Positions 34,381 to 47,768 are shown, counted from the whole stretch's first letter. The stretch: DNA of 63,697 bases, filler included, from Lenisia limosa (GCA_001655205.1; 8 parts of 8 records of this genome joined end to end with filler, not necessarily neighbours in it); one strand, 5' to 3'. Numbers and translations are program-made. Notes: a model not told the origin generated them from the sequence alone.

Positions 34381-37300
34381 TTCTCTTGAAAAAAAAAGTA
34401 AAAATTTAAAATGTTCAAAATCAAAGTAAAGAGAGGTCTATTTTTCAAAAAAAAAAAGCTGATAAAGGAATTGGATGACCAAAGTTCGGTTCAAAATTAG
34501 TCTCTTAAATATTATTTTCTAATCTGATTAAATATACTCTCAGGATTAAAACGCTACATATTATGTCAAAAATACTTGTGTTTTTGGGATTTTAGGGATT
34601 TTATAATGAAAAAACACTAACTTTCTGATCGCATTCATACTGGTGATCGCATTCAGACCGGGGTACTTATTATATAATGAAACTGAAGTACTTATTACTT
34701 AATACTTACTACCTGAATATATTCTTCCTGTCCTCCTCCCTGCTATTCTCACCCACATCACAACCACACCACTCAGCCACCACTGCCAACCACAACAACA
34801 CATACATACATATAACAGAAAACTTTCAAAATTATCATTATTTATTATCATGCCAAATCGTTAACATGGGCAGCGCAAGGCGGGGGCAGCGTGTGCATGC
34901 AGGGGGGTGGGAATCGGGGGAAGGTGATACTTTCCTTATAAGCAAAGATCTTGCGTAATATTGAAAAAAGACAGATTGATTAACCTCTCAGCCTTATTCA
35001 ATCCCTTTTTGGTGGTTCAGTCCTGTTTTTATTTTCGCATGGGTGAATTTTCGAGGTTGGTTTAAGGAGGTTCTGAGGGACGAATTAAAACCGCGAACAG
35101 GATTAAAACTGAGAACAAAAAAGGAGGCTTTTCTTCCAATTTTTGACTCAACACGCTCCTCTCACATTGTTTGCAAATTATCGCTCGAAATACTCCTTGA
35201 TAACAGGTTTTATTCAAAAAGAATGGGCAACCGCGATCGGAGTTGAAGTCGCGGCGGATAAGCTTGGCTCTCCTTCACCGAATTGTTATATTATATGAAA
35301 TGTTTGTTTTTCTGACGAATTTCGAAAGTTTTTGCTTGAGATCACTCAAAATACGACATTTGTCATATTTTTCGCCATATTTTTTTTTTTCAAAACTTCA
35401 TTCTGACAATAAAGCTCCGCTAAATCAAGAACTTCAGGACAAAGGTGATATAGTAGGAGTAAGTAGGGGGGGGGGGAGACATAAAATAGAATCATATCAT
35501 ATATCAATATGTTANNNNNNNNNNNNNNNNNNNNNNNNNNNNNNNNNNNNNNNNNNNNNNNNNNNNNNNNNNNNNCGAGGGAATATGGCTCGGGTGAATT
35601 TTCGGGGTTGGTTTAAGGAGGTCCCGAGGGATGAACGGGGAAAAGCCGAGTGAGAACCTGAGGAGCCTCCGCAAACCAACCGAGAAAATGCCCCATGCCT
35701 TTCCCGAGGACCTGAATATGAGCAATCACATCTTTTTAGTCAAAATTGTTTTGTTTTGATGTTTTTTATGATCCTGTGGTCTAAACTATCGATTTTCCAA
35801 CTAAAAAGGGTGTTATTTAATATGAGTGGATGTTCAATCCCCCCAAAAATGACACCACCACCTTAAATACTAACCATAATTTTTTTATTATATAACCTAA
35901 CACTGACGCCATGACAGTCACCTTACGTTGAAAGAGATATAAAAAGAAACGTTTTACTTATCTCTTCCACCTATCTCTGACATGCAATCAGAATCGTTTG
36001 CGATTCTCTTCTTTGTAATTCTAATTCTAAAGGAAAACACAGACTGTTAAGGTTAGTATGGAGTTGTGATGCTGCTGTTATTCAAACATTGATAAGTGTA
36101 TACCAGGTTTTCTCTTTTGTCTTTAATGTTGGGGTTTCTCGTTACGAAATCTTGTTCAAACCTCTTTGTTAACATGCCTTGGCTTTCTCTTTTTATTGAG
36201 TAAGAGCTTTCGCTTTCTTGATCAACCTAATAATTTCATGCAAGTTTGAAAAGTTGCAAATTATTAGCTTACTGTATTATTGTTACACACCTTGGCAAGT
36301 ATTTTGGATTTTGTGATAACATATCCCAAACCCGACAAAGACAAGGGGGGGGGGGGGNNNNNNNNNNNNNNNNNNNNNNNNNNNNNNNNNNNNNNNNNNN
36401 NNNNNNNNNNNNNNNNNNNNNNNNNNNNNNNNNNNNNNNNNNNNNNNNNNNNNNNNNNNNNNNNNNNNNNNNNNNNNNNNNNNNNNNNNNNNNNNNNNNN
36501 NNNNNNNNNNNACATTGTGTCCTTAAAGATCATTCAAAACATATTTGTCCAAACAGCTTGAAGTTATCTCCTCATCAAGAACCTTCAATTTACCCTTTAT
36601 TCGTATGACTGAGTGAAAGCCACTTCACCATAGTTATCGTGCTTCTGCTTTTTTTTTTTTTTTTTTTTTTTTTNNNNNNNNNNNNNNNNNNNNNNNNNNT
36701 TTACGGTGGTAGTTCAAAGGGCAAGGCACGAATTTAGATGGGGTAAAAACCTTTTAAAACTACGTATTATTTAAAATTTATTAGACATTGATGGACAATA
36801 GACATTTCTATCAGAATTAGGAGAAGCAGTTGGGTCCATTAATCTACTGTACCCAACCACCAAATCCATCCCCGATATTTTTTTGAAACGCGTTTTTTGG
36901 GTATTTTCTCTTTCTTTCCCGCTTGAATACATTTTAAGTACAGAAACAATGGTTTGTGTTCTTGTCGAGTCTGTTGGTTTCCCCGACAGTAATGGTATTT
37001 ATACCTTTACTAATGTTGATATCTGGGAACAGATTGGGGATTATGTTTCTCTGCTGCTAGTTCACCTTTCCGCTTTCTCTGAATGTTAAACTTTGAAGAA
37101 TACTTGTTATAACCTTTAGCATCACTTCCGTCGACCATAATGTGTCATGTGGATTTGTGTTAGTGATCCTCTCTTCTCAGCGATTAATTTGTGATTTTGT
37201 GCTTTTTTGGATGGTTCTGATTTCTTCACAGCGTGTCACCAAGGCGGTGGGGGGTCTAGGGCCGATTTTGACTTTCCCCAAAATGATGTATTAATGCTAT

Positions 37301-39664
37301 GACAGGGATGAGAGCAGCTAGAAGAGTTCTCAGTGAAGCCACGTACGTTTTAGGCTCGGATTGGTTTGTCAACCAAGAAGGATATTATCACTTGTTCTTC
37401 GATAACACTTTGAAATTTGTAGTTTAAAGCTCTTCTCTACTTGTTTCCTTCATCTCTTTTGCATAACAATAGGATGTTTACAAGAGATTAATGTCACTAC
37501 ATTCAATCATATGGTTGAAAAGCGGTGAAAATCTTGACTTAAATTCGAGCCTAAAAAAATCAAAATATTCGGCACCTCGACCCCCCACCGCCTTGCGTGT
37601 CACTGTCGTTACTGGCGAGGAATTTTCGCCCTGCGGCATTACCATTGATCACGCCTGGGCTGAGCTTCGCGCCCTTCAGGCTGGCGTCCCCAACACCTTC
37701 ACCGTGCTGTGTTACTTCCAATACGGCGTGGCTTATTCTATTTCTGAAAGCTTTGTTTAAGGTGGTTTAGTCCTTTTTTTGATTTTGGAAAAAAATAATA
37801 AAAGACCCTTTGGGATAATTCCGCAGTGTAATTTTTTGTATGAAATAGCGTCCGAGGTTGTTCCAATTTAAGACGTTTTTGTGCTTCGCTTTTTTTTTTT
37901 ATCTTTTTGGGAAATAAACACGATATTTGTAGAATTTGAATAATTTAAGTGGCAACGCAAAAGCAACACTTAGTCATCTTCGATATATTGTTGTATTAGC
38001 CTTAGTTAGGCACATTCCAGGCAATTTTCACCCATCTTTAGAGATCACCTGAAACGGTCATGCGGGACGGTAGATGGGCCTCTCTCCGGCAAGCCAACAT
38101 TTGCATTCTCTTCATTTGATACAGTGTTTCTCCTCCAAGGACAAACCTTAATTAATTTGGGTTATTTTGGGAGCTTTGGTCCGGATCACAGAGAGATCTG
38201 ACTAGATAAGCCAGCAAAGCTGTCCTTTTCACACTCAATTACGTGTCACCTTACCACCTTATCACATAGAAGGAAGTTAGAATATTTGTGTGCAATAACA
38301 GTATGTGACGAGCTAACACATGTTACATACCTTCCTTGGCTACCCTAGGAGGCAGACAAGGAGGAGTATCAATGTACATGCAAAATTCCTGACACTTAAT
38401 ACTTCATGCAAAATACATTTAAAAACACGGATTATGGGCCTAAAATCGTCCCTGTGTTAAAGCGAAGACGTTCTGGCACCAACAGCTTTGAATTTTACCT
38501 CTCTTGAGCAACCTAGAGGCATATAAGTAGAGAAAACGAGACAAATTGGCAAAAAATGAGGGTAAATTACACAAAAGGGGCGAAAATGTGATAGAAGATG
38601 TGAATCGAGCTCCCCTTTTGTGCCATTCCAGAACGGTAAATGTGTTACTGACGCACCATATACTTTAATCAGACGTCTACTTCGTCCATTGTCTCCATTA
38701 TAAAGACTGAACAAGGAAAATTCTTCAAAAAAACCTTAACACAAGTTGACATAAATATCTTTAAATAACTACATTATATCCAAAAAATGGACAGATTCGA
38801 ATTCTCCTTGAAAATCTGCGTTTGGTTGCGGGCGGAGGGATTATCGATCATAGCGCGGCGCGTAGACATAGCAATTTAAGAATTCTACAAGGAGCTGGCG
38901 CAGAAGGATAATGTTCATGTCTATAAGCCTAGAGATGAAAAGCCTAAAATGTATAATTGCAACCAGATTGGGATGGTGATTAAAGCGAGCACCACTACCA
39001 CCCCACAAAAGTTGACAAGGTTCTCCAAGACGTTTGGCGTATGCTAATTCGAGGCACCCCCTGGCACTCACAGGCACTGATCGCCGCTCAAGAGCTAGTG
39101 TACTCGGAGTGGGCAATGCAGATCCGTCGTACCAAAATTCTGGAAGCCTTGTGGAAGGTTAGAACTGGTTATTTTTTAAAACATTTGTGTAATATCATCA
39201 CTTTCCGACCAATTCTATTCTATATGATGATACTCTGTTCTAGTGCTATAAAGACCATCCTCCCCCATCCCCAGCCAGACCATGTATTCGTTTTTATTAG
39301 GAAATTTTCATCCTGCAGTCTCAGAAGTTTGTATAATTTTCAAGGTTGGGAACTACAAATTGGAGTTTGAGGTCCAGGCAATCAAGAGTCTCCCCGAATA
39401 CCCAAAATAACGGCTGCATCGTGTCTCTGAACACTTGATGGTCAAAGATGAGGGAGGGGGGGGGGCTACCTTGGTGCCAAGGTCCTTGACACCATGGTGA
39501 GACTGTATTGTAGGTACCCTACTTCCCTGACGGTAGCTTGAAGCCTAAGAACGGCTTGAACTTCTTATTCATTTCTAATAATACCCTCTAAATCTATAAC
39601 AAATAAATGCCAAATTGGTCATATATTCTCCTAAATTCATAAACTCTTGGAAGGTGAAGAGATA

Positions 39665-39740
39665 CAGTTACCAGTAAGTCTTGACCGATTTGCTCTATGA
39701 TTTTCCCAGGAAAAACGGTCAAGACTTATCCCGGTCACTG
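39665..39740. mobile_element. MITE family A
   Basis: TA|CAGTTACCAGTAAGTCTTGACCGATTT...AAAACGGTCAAGACTTATCCCGGTCACTG|TA. Confidence 0.88.
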
Positions 39741-40559
39741 TATATGTAAAGCCATTTTGTGAGGAAGCATCCAAGATTTGTCGAAAATTCTCGCCCTCTT
39801 CTGGGAGGCTGGGCTAGAGCTTCCGGTGACACAGTGGTGGGAACGGTGGTCGAGCTTCTCAGCCGATGCTTGCGGGGGGATGCATACTAAAACACGATAT
39901 AGTTGCAAAAGTGTGGTGAACATCGCTTTTATTCGAGATATGGAACAACAAATATTGAACAAACAACCTCGGGTGTCAATATCTCAATTCTTCCTTATTA
40001 CGTACTAAGGGGGGAGAAAATTACACCCCATATACCCTAGAGAAATTGGAAATGTCATATTTCGGGCATGTATTTTTTCAAAACGACCATATTTCCAAAC
40101 AAATATATGCTAATATCATGATCCTTTACGGGACAAGGGGGACAGGGGGGGAGGGGGAAAGAAGGAAACTTTGGTGACACGTCATCGGGATGTCAAAAAT
40201 ATGACGACCTCGAATATAGCAAAAGTCATACAAATATGACTTTTTTTTCAGATAAAATATGAGATTTGTCATATAAATATGACATTTGCCATATTTTTCT
40301 CTTCTCTAAGTAATAAGGGCAGGAATATATCAAAATAATTGGAAATACGTAAAAATTTGAGTTTAGAAATGCATTTGTTAGACAGAGTGACCACACATCC
40401 AATCTATGTCTTATATTATCATTGGAGGGTTTAATATGAAGAATCTTTTGTCTCCCCCGATCCAAAAGATAACCTCAGCTTATGTTTTTTTTAATAAAAG
40501 GAAGGTTGACAGTTCTTGACCTTGACATAAAATGTTAGCACCTAACCTCAACTGGTTCT

Positions 40560-41900
40560 CCAGCAGCATTAGCCACTCCATTTTCTGTCACATTTTTCAA
40601 ATTTTCCATAAAATGCGAATAGCACTTCCGTACAAACCCCTCATCCTCATTGAATGTGCCGAGTAGGCAAATAAGTTTGAACCCAAGTTGAAAAACTTCT
40701 TGAGGTTGGTTAATTAGTGTTCCCTTCTTTTTTTAACTCAAATAGGTTGCTAACATTGACAAAAGATGACTCTGAGCGTCAGATTTCAAGAACTTTTCGT
40801 GCTATCATTAGGCTCAATTGAGCAATAAAGTGTACAAAAAAATCAACTGATCTTAAGATTTTGCTTTATGCTTCCTTCTACTCCTCTCCCTTCTTTTTGG
40901 GCGTATCTTTTGGCTGAGATAATATTTTGTTGAGGAAATTAACTTTTTCAGGATCTTCCTGAAAGATCTCTCTCAATGGGGATTGATGGTAATTGGTAAA
41001 TGTGTCTAAAATGATTAATTTTTGATTTGCAAGCAGGAATTTTGTATATTGTGCAACGCAGCAGCTAATGATAGGCTAAATCCCAATCTTCAATTTGAAA
41101 TGAACAAGGATTCAAACCCAAGAGTTGTGTTTGGTTAAAAGGAAGATAATAGGAGGCCTCCTGGATTTAATATATCGTAACTTTCTAGGAGGCCTCCTAT
41201 TATTTCCCACAGCATAGTACCATTAAGCAGGTACATGCTTGACACTTTGCACTTTTGTCTTCGGACATTCGATGAAGTCAAGGATGGTATTTTTTTTTTG
41301 GCTCGTTTGTAATGTTTACATTCAGCAATAATATCACAAGTGGATGACCATGGCGCAAATGCGCAGTTCAATAGTTACTTGACCTCCATTGGTCATGCCA
41401 ATGCCCACATTTGGAAGAGGTTTGACTAGGTTACTGTGGAAGGAGAGTATGATTTCCCAAGTCTTTATGAGAGAGAGATAGGATTGCGTTATTTCAAGAT
41501 ACCTCTATGGTGCAATTCATGAAAAGTAAAACTGAGAGTATGTGCTTTCATGAAGTGGCTGAGGTATTTCAAACGTTGGTCAAGGTGAGTAGGTTTGTCC
41601 GCTACATATTGTAGCTCCATTTAAGCGACCAGAAAAGCGAAAGTCCCAATTCAGCCAATCGCCCAAAAATTTGCGAGGCATTGATAATGCTTGGGCAGAA
41701 GCCGAAGACATATACCGTTCGTTACCTCCAATTGGCTGATTATTTTAGCATGATGCTAAAATAATCAGCCAATGGGGAGGTAACAATGTGCGGTCGTCCG
41801 AGCGCACTTGGATTTCTTCCAGAGGGATCTTATGGACAGGATGAACGCCCTTGTTACTAAGTCTGCTCATACGTATCACATCTTATATCCTCTGTTGAGG
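40560..41900 (-). CDS. Uncharacterised multi-exon gene fragment
   Basis: Open exon-like segments: KGVHPVHKIPLEEIQVRSDDRT, YLEITQSYLSHKDLGNHTLL, VKPLPNVGIGMTNGGQVTIELRIC, LGTFNEDEGFVRKCYSHF. Confidence 0.35.
41721..41784. repeat. Near-perfect 64-bp fold-back palindrome
   Basis: GTTACCTCCAATTGGCTGATTATTTTAGCAT-G-ATGCTAAAATAATCAGCCAATGGGGAGGTAAC. Confidence 0.95.
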
Positions 41901-44900
41901 AAGATGTCAGCACAACCACTAATTTGTGTTACAGAGCCATTATAGTTCCCTTTTAACAATAATAGAGCTGTGTATAATACATGATAGGGCTCTATGGGGG
42001 CTTTGGTCCGGGTCGTAGGGAGATCTGATCAGAAAAGCCAGCATAGCTGTCCTCTTCACACTCAATTACGTGTCACCTTACCAGAGTATCACATAGAAGA
42101 AGTTCTAATATTTGTGTGCAATATCAAGAAAGGATAAAAGATTAAAATCAAACATATGGGATCTCAGAGCATTAAAGTACAAAAAAAAAAAAAAAAAAAA
42201 AAANNNNNNNNNNNNNNNNNNNNNNNNNNNNNNNNNNNNNNNNNNNNNNNNNNNNNNNNNNNNNNNNNNNNNNNNNNNNNNNNNNNNNNNNNNNNNNNNN
42301 NNNNNNNNNNNNNNNNNCCAGATGAGATAACAGAGTATGATGAATCAATACCCAAAATAGAAAGTGGGCTGCCAAGGTTGATAAAAATGTCGATAGCAAG
42401 AGAACCAACATCCCTTGGAGGTCTTTTGGCATTGTTCCCATTTTATTTTTCTAACTGTTGGAAATAATTGAAGAATAAAAATAAAACATGGATATGAGAT
42501 CAAACACACCCGAGCTACACCAAAGGAGATGTCTGGTTGGGGGTCATCTGGCTAGAAAGAGTAATTAATTCATTGTAACCATCGAAAAATGTAAAAGAAA
42601 GCAACAAACCATTATTACACCAAGGACTGGGTGTCGTCATAAATTGAAGGACCACCAAAGTTGTTCTAAACAGTATTACTAAAATAGTATAAATTAAGAA
42701 TTCTTTCCGATCGATCTTCATAAAACCTGAAACAATGAAAAGTAACTGCAGACTGGAAGAGTAGGTTTTAAAGCGGGAACCCTGGGGCCTCAACTTGATT
42801 CATAAGTTTGTTGGGGCAACCCCTTTGTTTTTCATCATCAGGCTGAAAATATCTGTCACCAAATAGCGATGCTGAGCGGATTGACATGAATGTTAGTGGT
42901 GGGTGGGGGGCGAGAATGACGATCGCTTTTATTGCGTACCTTAATGGAGTCAACAAAGCTTAGAGTGCTCATTGGCATGGGCCAGTTGCGAGTGTGGCGG
43001 GAGAAGGGNNNNNNNNNNNNNNNNNNNNNNNNNNNNNNNNNNNNNNNNNNNNNNNNNNNNNNNNNNNNNNNNNNNNNTAGATCGGACCACTTCAATATGC
43101 TGGAAATTGCAAAGGGACAGTTCATTTAGGAAAAGGTACCTGTTGAGCTTACAGTTTACTTTTTCAAGCCCCTTGGTGTTGAGCTGCCTTTCCCATATCT
43201 TCTCACAATCTTGGGCGGAGTCTATCACACTTTTGTGGCTCGGGTGATGCATGCAGTAATCTGCCAGAGCCGGGTGGACGTTTGGGTTGTTGAATTGAAG
43301 CTATAATTATTGCTTCGGGGTGTAACGTTCTATTTGTCTTTTGACTTCAGATTTCATTATGATATCCCCATCTTGATTACGAGTCATATACCTTTACATA
43401 TTAAAATATGTGTTTTGGAGGGAAACTTGGGAAAATAGTGAGAGTGGTTAAGGAATCTCTTGTGTCCATAACTGCAAGAAAACGACCAGTTGTACTCTTC
43501 TTGTTATCTGGTTCTTGATGGTTACCAATGAGAGAAGTACATACATGTATTTCTCGCTTGTTCAATTTGTTTGGAAAACATTGATCAGTTTAAAAACAAT
43601 GACAATTTTCATCAAGGTTAAATGTTGGATCGTGCTATAAAGTATGGAATTTTTACAAAGTCAAATACGTGGTCAAGGCCAAACTTGACCACTATGTATG
43701 AAAACAATATGACGTATTCTGGAAGTTTACCAAATTACAATTAGATATATTAGGTATTTAGCTTGCTTTTTTTTCATAAATATCATTGCCTTTAATAACG
43801 GATTCATCTTCCCTTATTTTGGGAATTTTTTTCTCACATTGTTTAAGTGAATTGAAAAACTCGAATTCTATGGAGTATATTGCAATTAAAGAAATGTCTA
43901 TACATCTATTCCTCAATAATGAACTGGCAACTTTCACTATTGAACGAATGTGGGCTTTGGTTGAATCATGCAATTACAATAGCCATTCGGAGACTACTTT
44001 GGCTTCCTTTAAATTATTATGCTTCTTTGCAACAATTGATTTTACGATTTTATCAAGGTTTAGTCATATTGTGATCCAGGTTGGCTATTTTATTGTTTTT
44101 ACTTGTCGCATCGTTATTATTAATATTTGAGATCTCTTCTAGATCTAGACTAGAAAGCCACCAAATAGCCCAGATCAATTAAGGTGGTTCAGTCCTTTTT
44201 TTTTTTCTTGGAACAAAATAACAAAAGTGTCGTAATTAAAATGAGGGATAATTTCGCAGGGTAGTTTTTCGTAATACATCCCTTTCATTGAAATTTTAAA
44301 AATGGGTGAAAATTTCCTGGAATGTGTCTAACCAAGGCTAAATGAGGCTAATATTACAATATGATGGGTAGGTGTTGGTTTTGCGTAGTCACTTAAATTA
44401 TTCTAATTCCTCAAATATCGTGCTTTAACCCCAAAGAGGTGGGGGGGGAAAAGTGAAGCCCAAAAACGTCTAAAATTGGAACAACCTCGGAAGTCGGACA
44501 ACACCCAATAATTATTTAGGTCTGTCAACACCCATGTCATTCCGTTCCTGGATAACGACGACGCCAAGGCATCCCTGACCACCACCATCATGGCTGTGGC
44601 CAACGGTCAGTCCCTTGTGACAACTTCAAGGTCGTGGGTAACCGCCTCCTCAATGGAGATGTGCAAAGTGCACAAAACAAAGTAGGCTTGATTTTGAACA
44701 TTTCACACAGTCAAATGTCACAAGTCTGACGTTACCAGATTGACGGATCCGACTCCCGTGACCGTTCGGAAGATAAGACCCCTTCTTTGGTGATGAGAAT
44801 AACAGTTCAACCTCTGCCAACAAGAAAAGAAGGTTTGTAGTGGATAGTTTCTTTAGCACATGTCATTGTTACGTTTGTTCTGTCGTGCGATTTTCACCTC

Positions 44901-45217
44901 TAACTCATACAGTCCCATTTGTGCGGCGTATAACGCAGACGGTGGCTGCCCCAAGCCAAACTGTGGCAGAGGCACGTCTGTTTTTATTGTAAAAAGACTG
45001 GGCATTCGGTGAAGCAAGAAGAACCTTGGACAGCATTGATTCTGAGTTATCAAGTGATTAACAATCTGTTTTTTAATGACTATGCGAGATGCTAAATTAT
45101 GATCAACTGAAGACTGATACAGAGTATATTATAGAAACTAAGTGATTACTATCTGCAATAAAAGATCCAACCCTATAAGGGTCTCGTGCGACAAAGGACC
45201 GTTCCCTTGACGTCTCT

Positions 45218-45985
45218 ATGGCGGACTACGATGCATACCACCACTTCCGCACCAAACCTGCCGACCCCGAGGAGGCTGCATTACTCTGGAATCGCCAGCT
45301 GGATCCTGCCCCTCTCCTCACCACCTACAAGATCAACCCTGTCATGATATACGAGGAGATGAGGAAGGTTGGGTTTAAGGATTTTGAAGTCGTGTCGGCT
45401 ATTTTATGGAAAGGTGCCGACATTGGTATCAAATATTCCGCATCTACCAAGTTCCGGTCCGAAACTGGCAAAATGCCCAAGAGAATTCTAAGGTTCTCTC
45501 TGACACTTATAAAGAACTTGTTGTTGCGGGTACTGTTACTGAGTTACTGATTCCCCCAATGCACGCCAACTACAATCCCGTCAGAGTTGTCGTCAAAGAA
45601 ATCCCTCATTTGAACAAGACCAAATACCGCCCGATTCTTGACGGCTCTCGTTTCACTGACGACACTCTCAAGCGCCCCTTTTCGCTGGACCGAGTCACTG
45701 GCCTAAAAGCTTTATTACGGCCCGATTATTTCTTATTTTCTGCTTATATGATGAGTGACTTCAACCTACTTGGGTGGCTGCTCCACAAATATTGCCAGTT
45801 CTACTGCAGTAAATGCCATTTGCCGTGACATCAATCGCCGCCTCATGGACTCACACTGGTCCATGTATCTCGCATACATCACCACCAGCGCCAATGTCAA
45901 GGCTGACGCGGCTTCTCGCCATGACCTCTCTCACCTAGAGGGCCTTACCAGGGTACCCATTCCCTCTGATGCTTGGACGTTCTAG
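45218..45985 (+). mobile_element. DIRS/Ngaro-type tyrosine-recombinase retrotransposon relic (RT N-terminus plus RNase H, frameshifted, internally deleted)
   Basis: NPVRVVVKE..KYRPILDGSRF..FSLDRVTGLKALLRP (RT N-terminal motifs), followed directly by YLGG..YITTSANVKADAASR (DIRS-type RNase H NxxADxLSR motif). No YxDD seen; no introns. Confidence 0.75.
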
Positions 45986-46517
45986 TCTAACGTATTGTGT
46001 TTTGTCATGATGCAGTTTTGTGCTTGTTACTTTATTTTTAATTCAGTCTCAATGGTTGTACACGTAACCTCTTTTATATCCACAAACAGATATGATAATA
46101 GGTGGGGGNNNNNNNNNNNNNNNNNNNNNNNNNNNNNNNNNNNNNNNNNNNNTTAATTAATTAANNNNNNNNNNNNNNNNNNNNNNNNNNNNNNNNNNNN
46201 NNNNNNNNTAGACGCGTATATACAAAACTAACAACTACATACAGAGGGGGAGGACAAAAATCACAAAAATCGAAATCGAATTTGCAAAGAAAACCGGGTT
46301 CCCCGGGTTCCAGTGAAAAAAATAAAATGAAACCCCGCCAAAAACCAAAAAAAAAAAAATCTCTTGTTTCTCTCAATAGAATTTGCGTAAAAATAAATTA
46401 ATATATCTTTAAACAGTAACCCTGAAAATGATCGTTATTTGTCTTGAAGGTTGCCANNNNNNNNNNNNNNNNNNNNNNNNNNNNNNNNNNNNNNNNNNNN
46501 NNNNNNNNNNNNNNNNT

Positions 46518-47768
46518 CTGCAAACAGTTTGAAGATGCTGGCTTTCCTTGCCTTGATGAGATGTTCATGGACATGCCTCGAGTGAATATGCACCCTCAGA
46601 GCCTTGTAAGCTTCTGACTTTTTAACCCGCCAAAATCTAACAACACAGGTTATGGAGAGTATTTGGACTTCCATGTGGTTTGAACGTCTCCTTCAGAAGC
46701 AAACTGCTATCGAAGCGGAAGACAAGTCTGGTCCTGAGACTGTGTCTAAAGAAAAGATATTTGTGGCTGACCGTTCCCCTTATTCGGCTGTTCTTTACGC
46801 ACGTGGCGGCTACGGTTCTCTTCTTGAGCCTCTTATCAGGCGTCAAACGAAGGAACTCGCCGATCAAGCTAACATCCGTGTCTACACAGTTTGTATTAAG
46901 GTGAGATAGTCACAGTTATCTTCTTGCGCTATACTAAAACTATGGAATATGGGCGCAGTTCTTCGGTTTACCATTGTTTCCTTTTGATTCTTTGTTTTGG
47001 CGCCTATTTTTTCTTGGTGTTTCTTTCCACCTTTTGCATCACTGACTCTTCGTTAGTGTATATTGCTTTGATTTACCCCATTTGTCAGTTTTCGTAGTCC
47101 ATGCTGCTTTCCATCTTCTATCAGATCCAACTGTTTCATTTATGCCCCCAACTACTCTGTTCTGCCTCTGTCCTTGTGTATCATTTTTTCACTGTCGTTT
47201 ACTGTTGCTGACGATCAGGTCGAACGTGAGCTCCTATGGCAGCGTATCCAGGCCCGCTTGGCTCGTGAACCCCAACGCGCCCAATACAATGAAGGCTCCA
47301 AGATCTGGATGGACGAGGTGCGTCATGGAATCCCGACTCAAAATTTACTATTTCATCAGGAGAGTTGTTCGGATGTGACCCATTAGGTGTGCTCCTTCTA
47401 TGACCAACGTGACTGGGACTTCTGCATTGAGAACAACCATGGCCCCATCAACGAGCTTTTACCATCAGTTTTGACCACTCTCAACAAAAGCGTCAGCAAA
47501 TTCGAGGTTGGTAGTGATGCTGACATCATTCAAACTGTAATTTCCCCCTTCCATTCCCACTTTCCCTCCCTTTCTCACCGTGACATAGGAGTGCTCACCT
47601 GAGTCTGTTCGTTACATCCCGGCTGCCAAAAAGTGGGTATCGCATGATGTTAATGTTTTGCTGTCTCGATGTCAACATAACTCACGCTTCAGGTCCAGGA
47701 AGGAAGAGGAAGTCCGAAACAATGCCCCAGTTGTTAAGTCCGAGCTCATTCCTGTTCGTCTCTTTTAG
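46518..47768 (+). CDS. Deoxynucleoside/thymidylate kinase-like P-loop protein; 5' end in a gap
   Basis: IFVADRSPYSAVLYA (DRS motif), YTVCIKV|ERELLWQRIQARL (lid region), four to five GT-AG introns, stop TAG 47766-47768. The P-loop is presumably in the gap. Confidence 0.65.

Noticed and set aside
43420-44130. Endogenous viral fragment
   Set aside because: AT-rich interrupted frames, but no recognisable viral motif; could equally be host exons.
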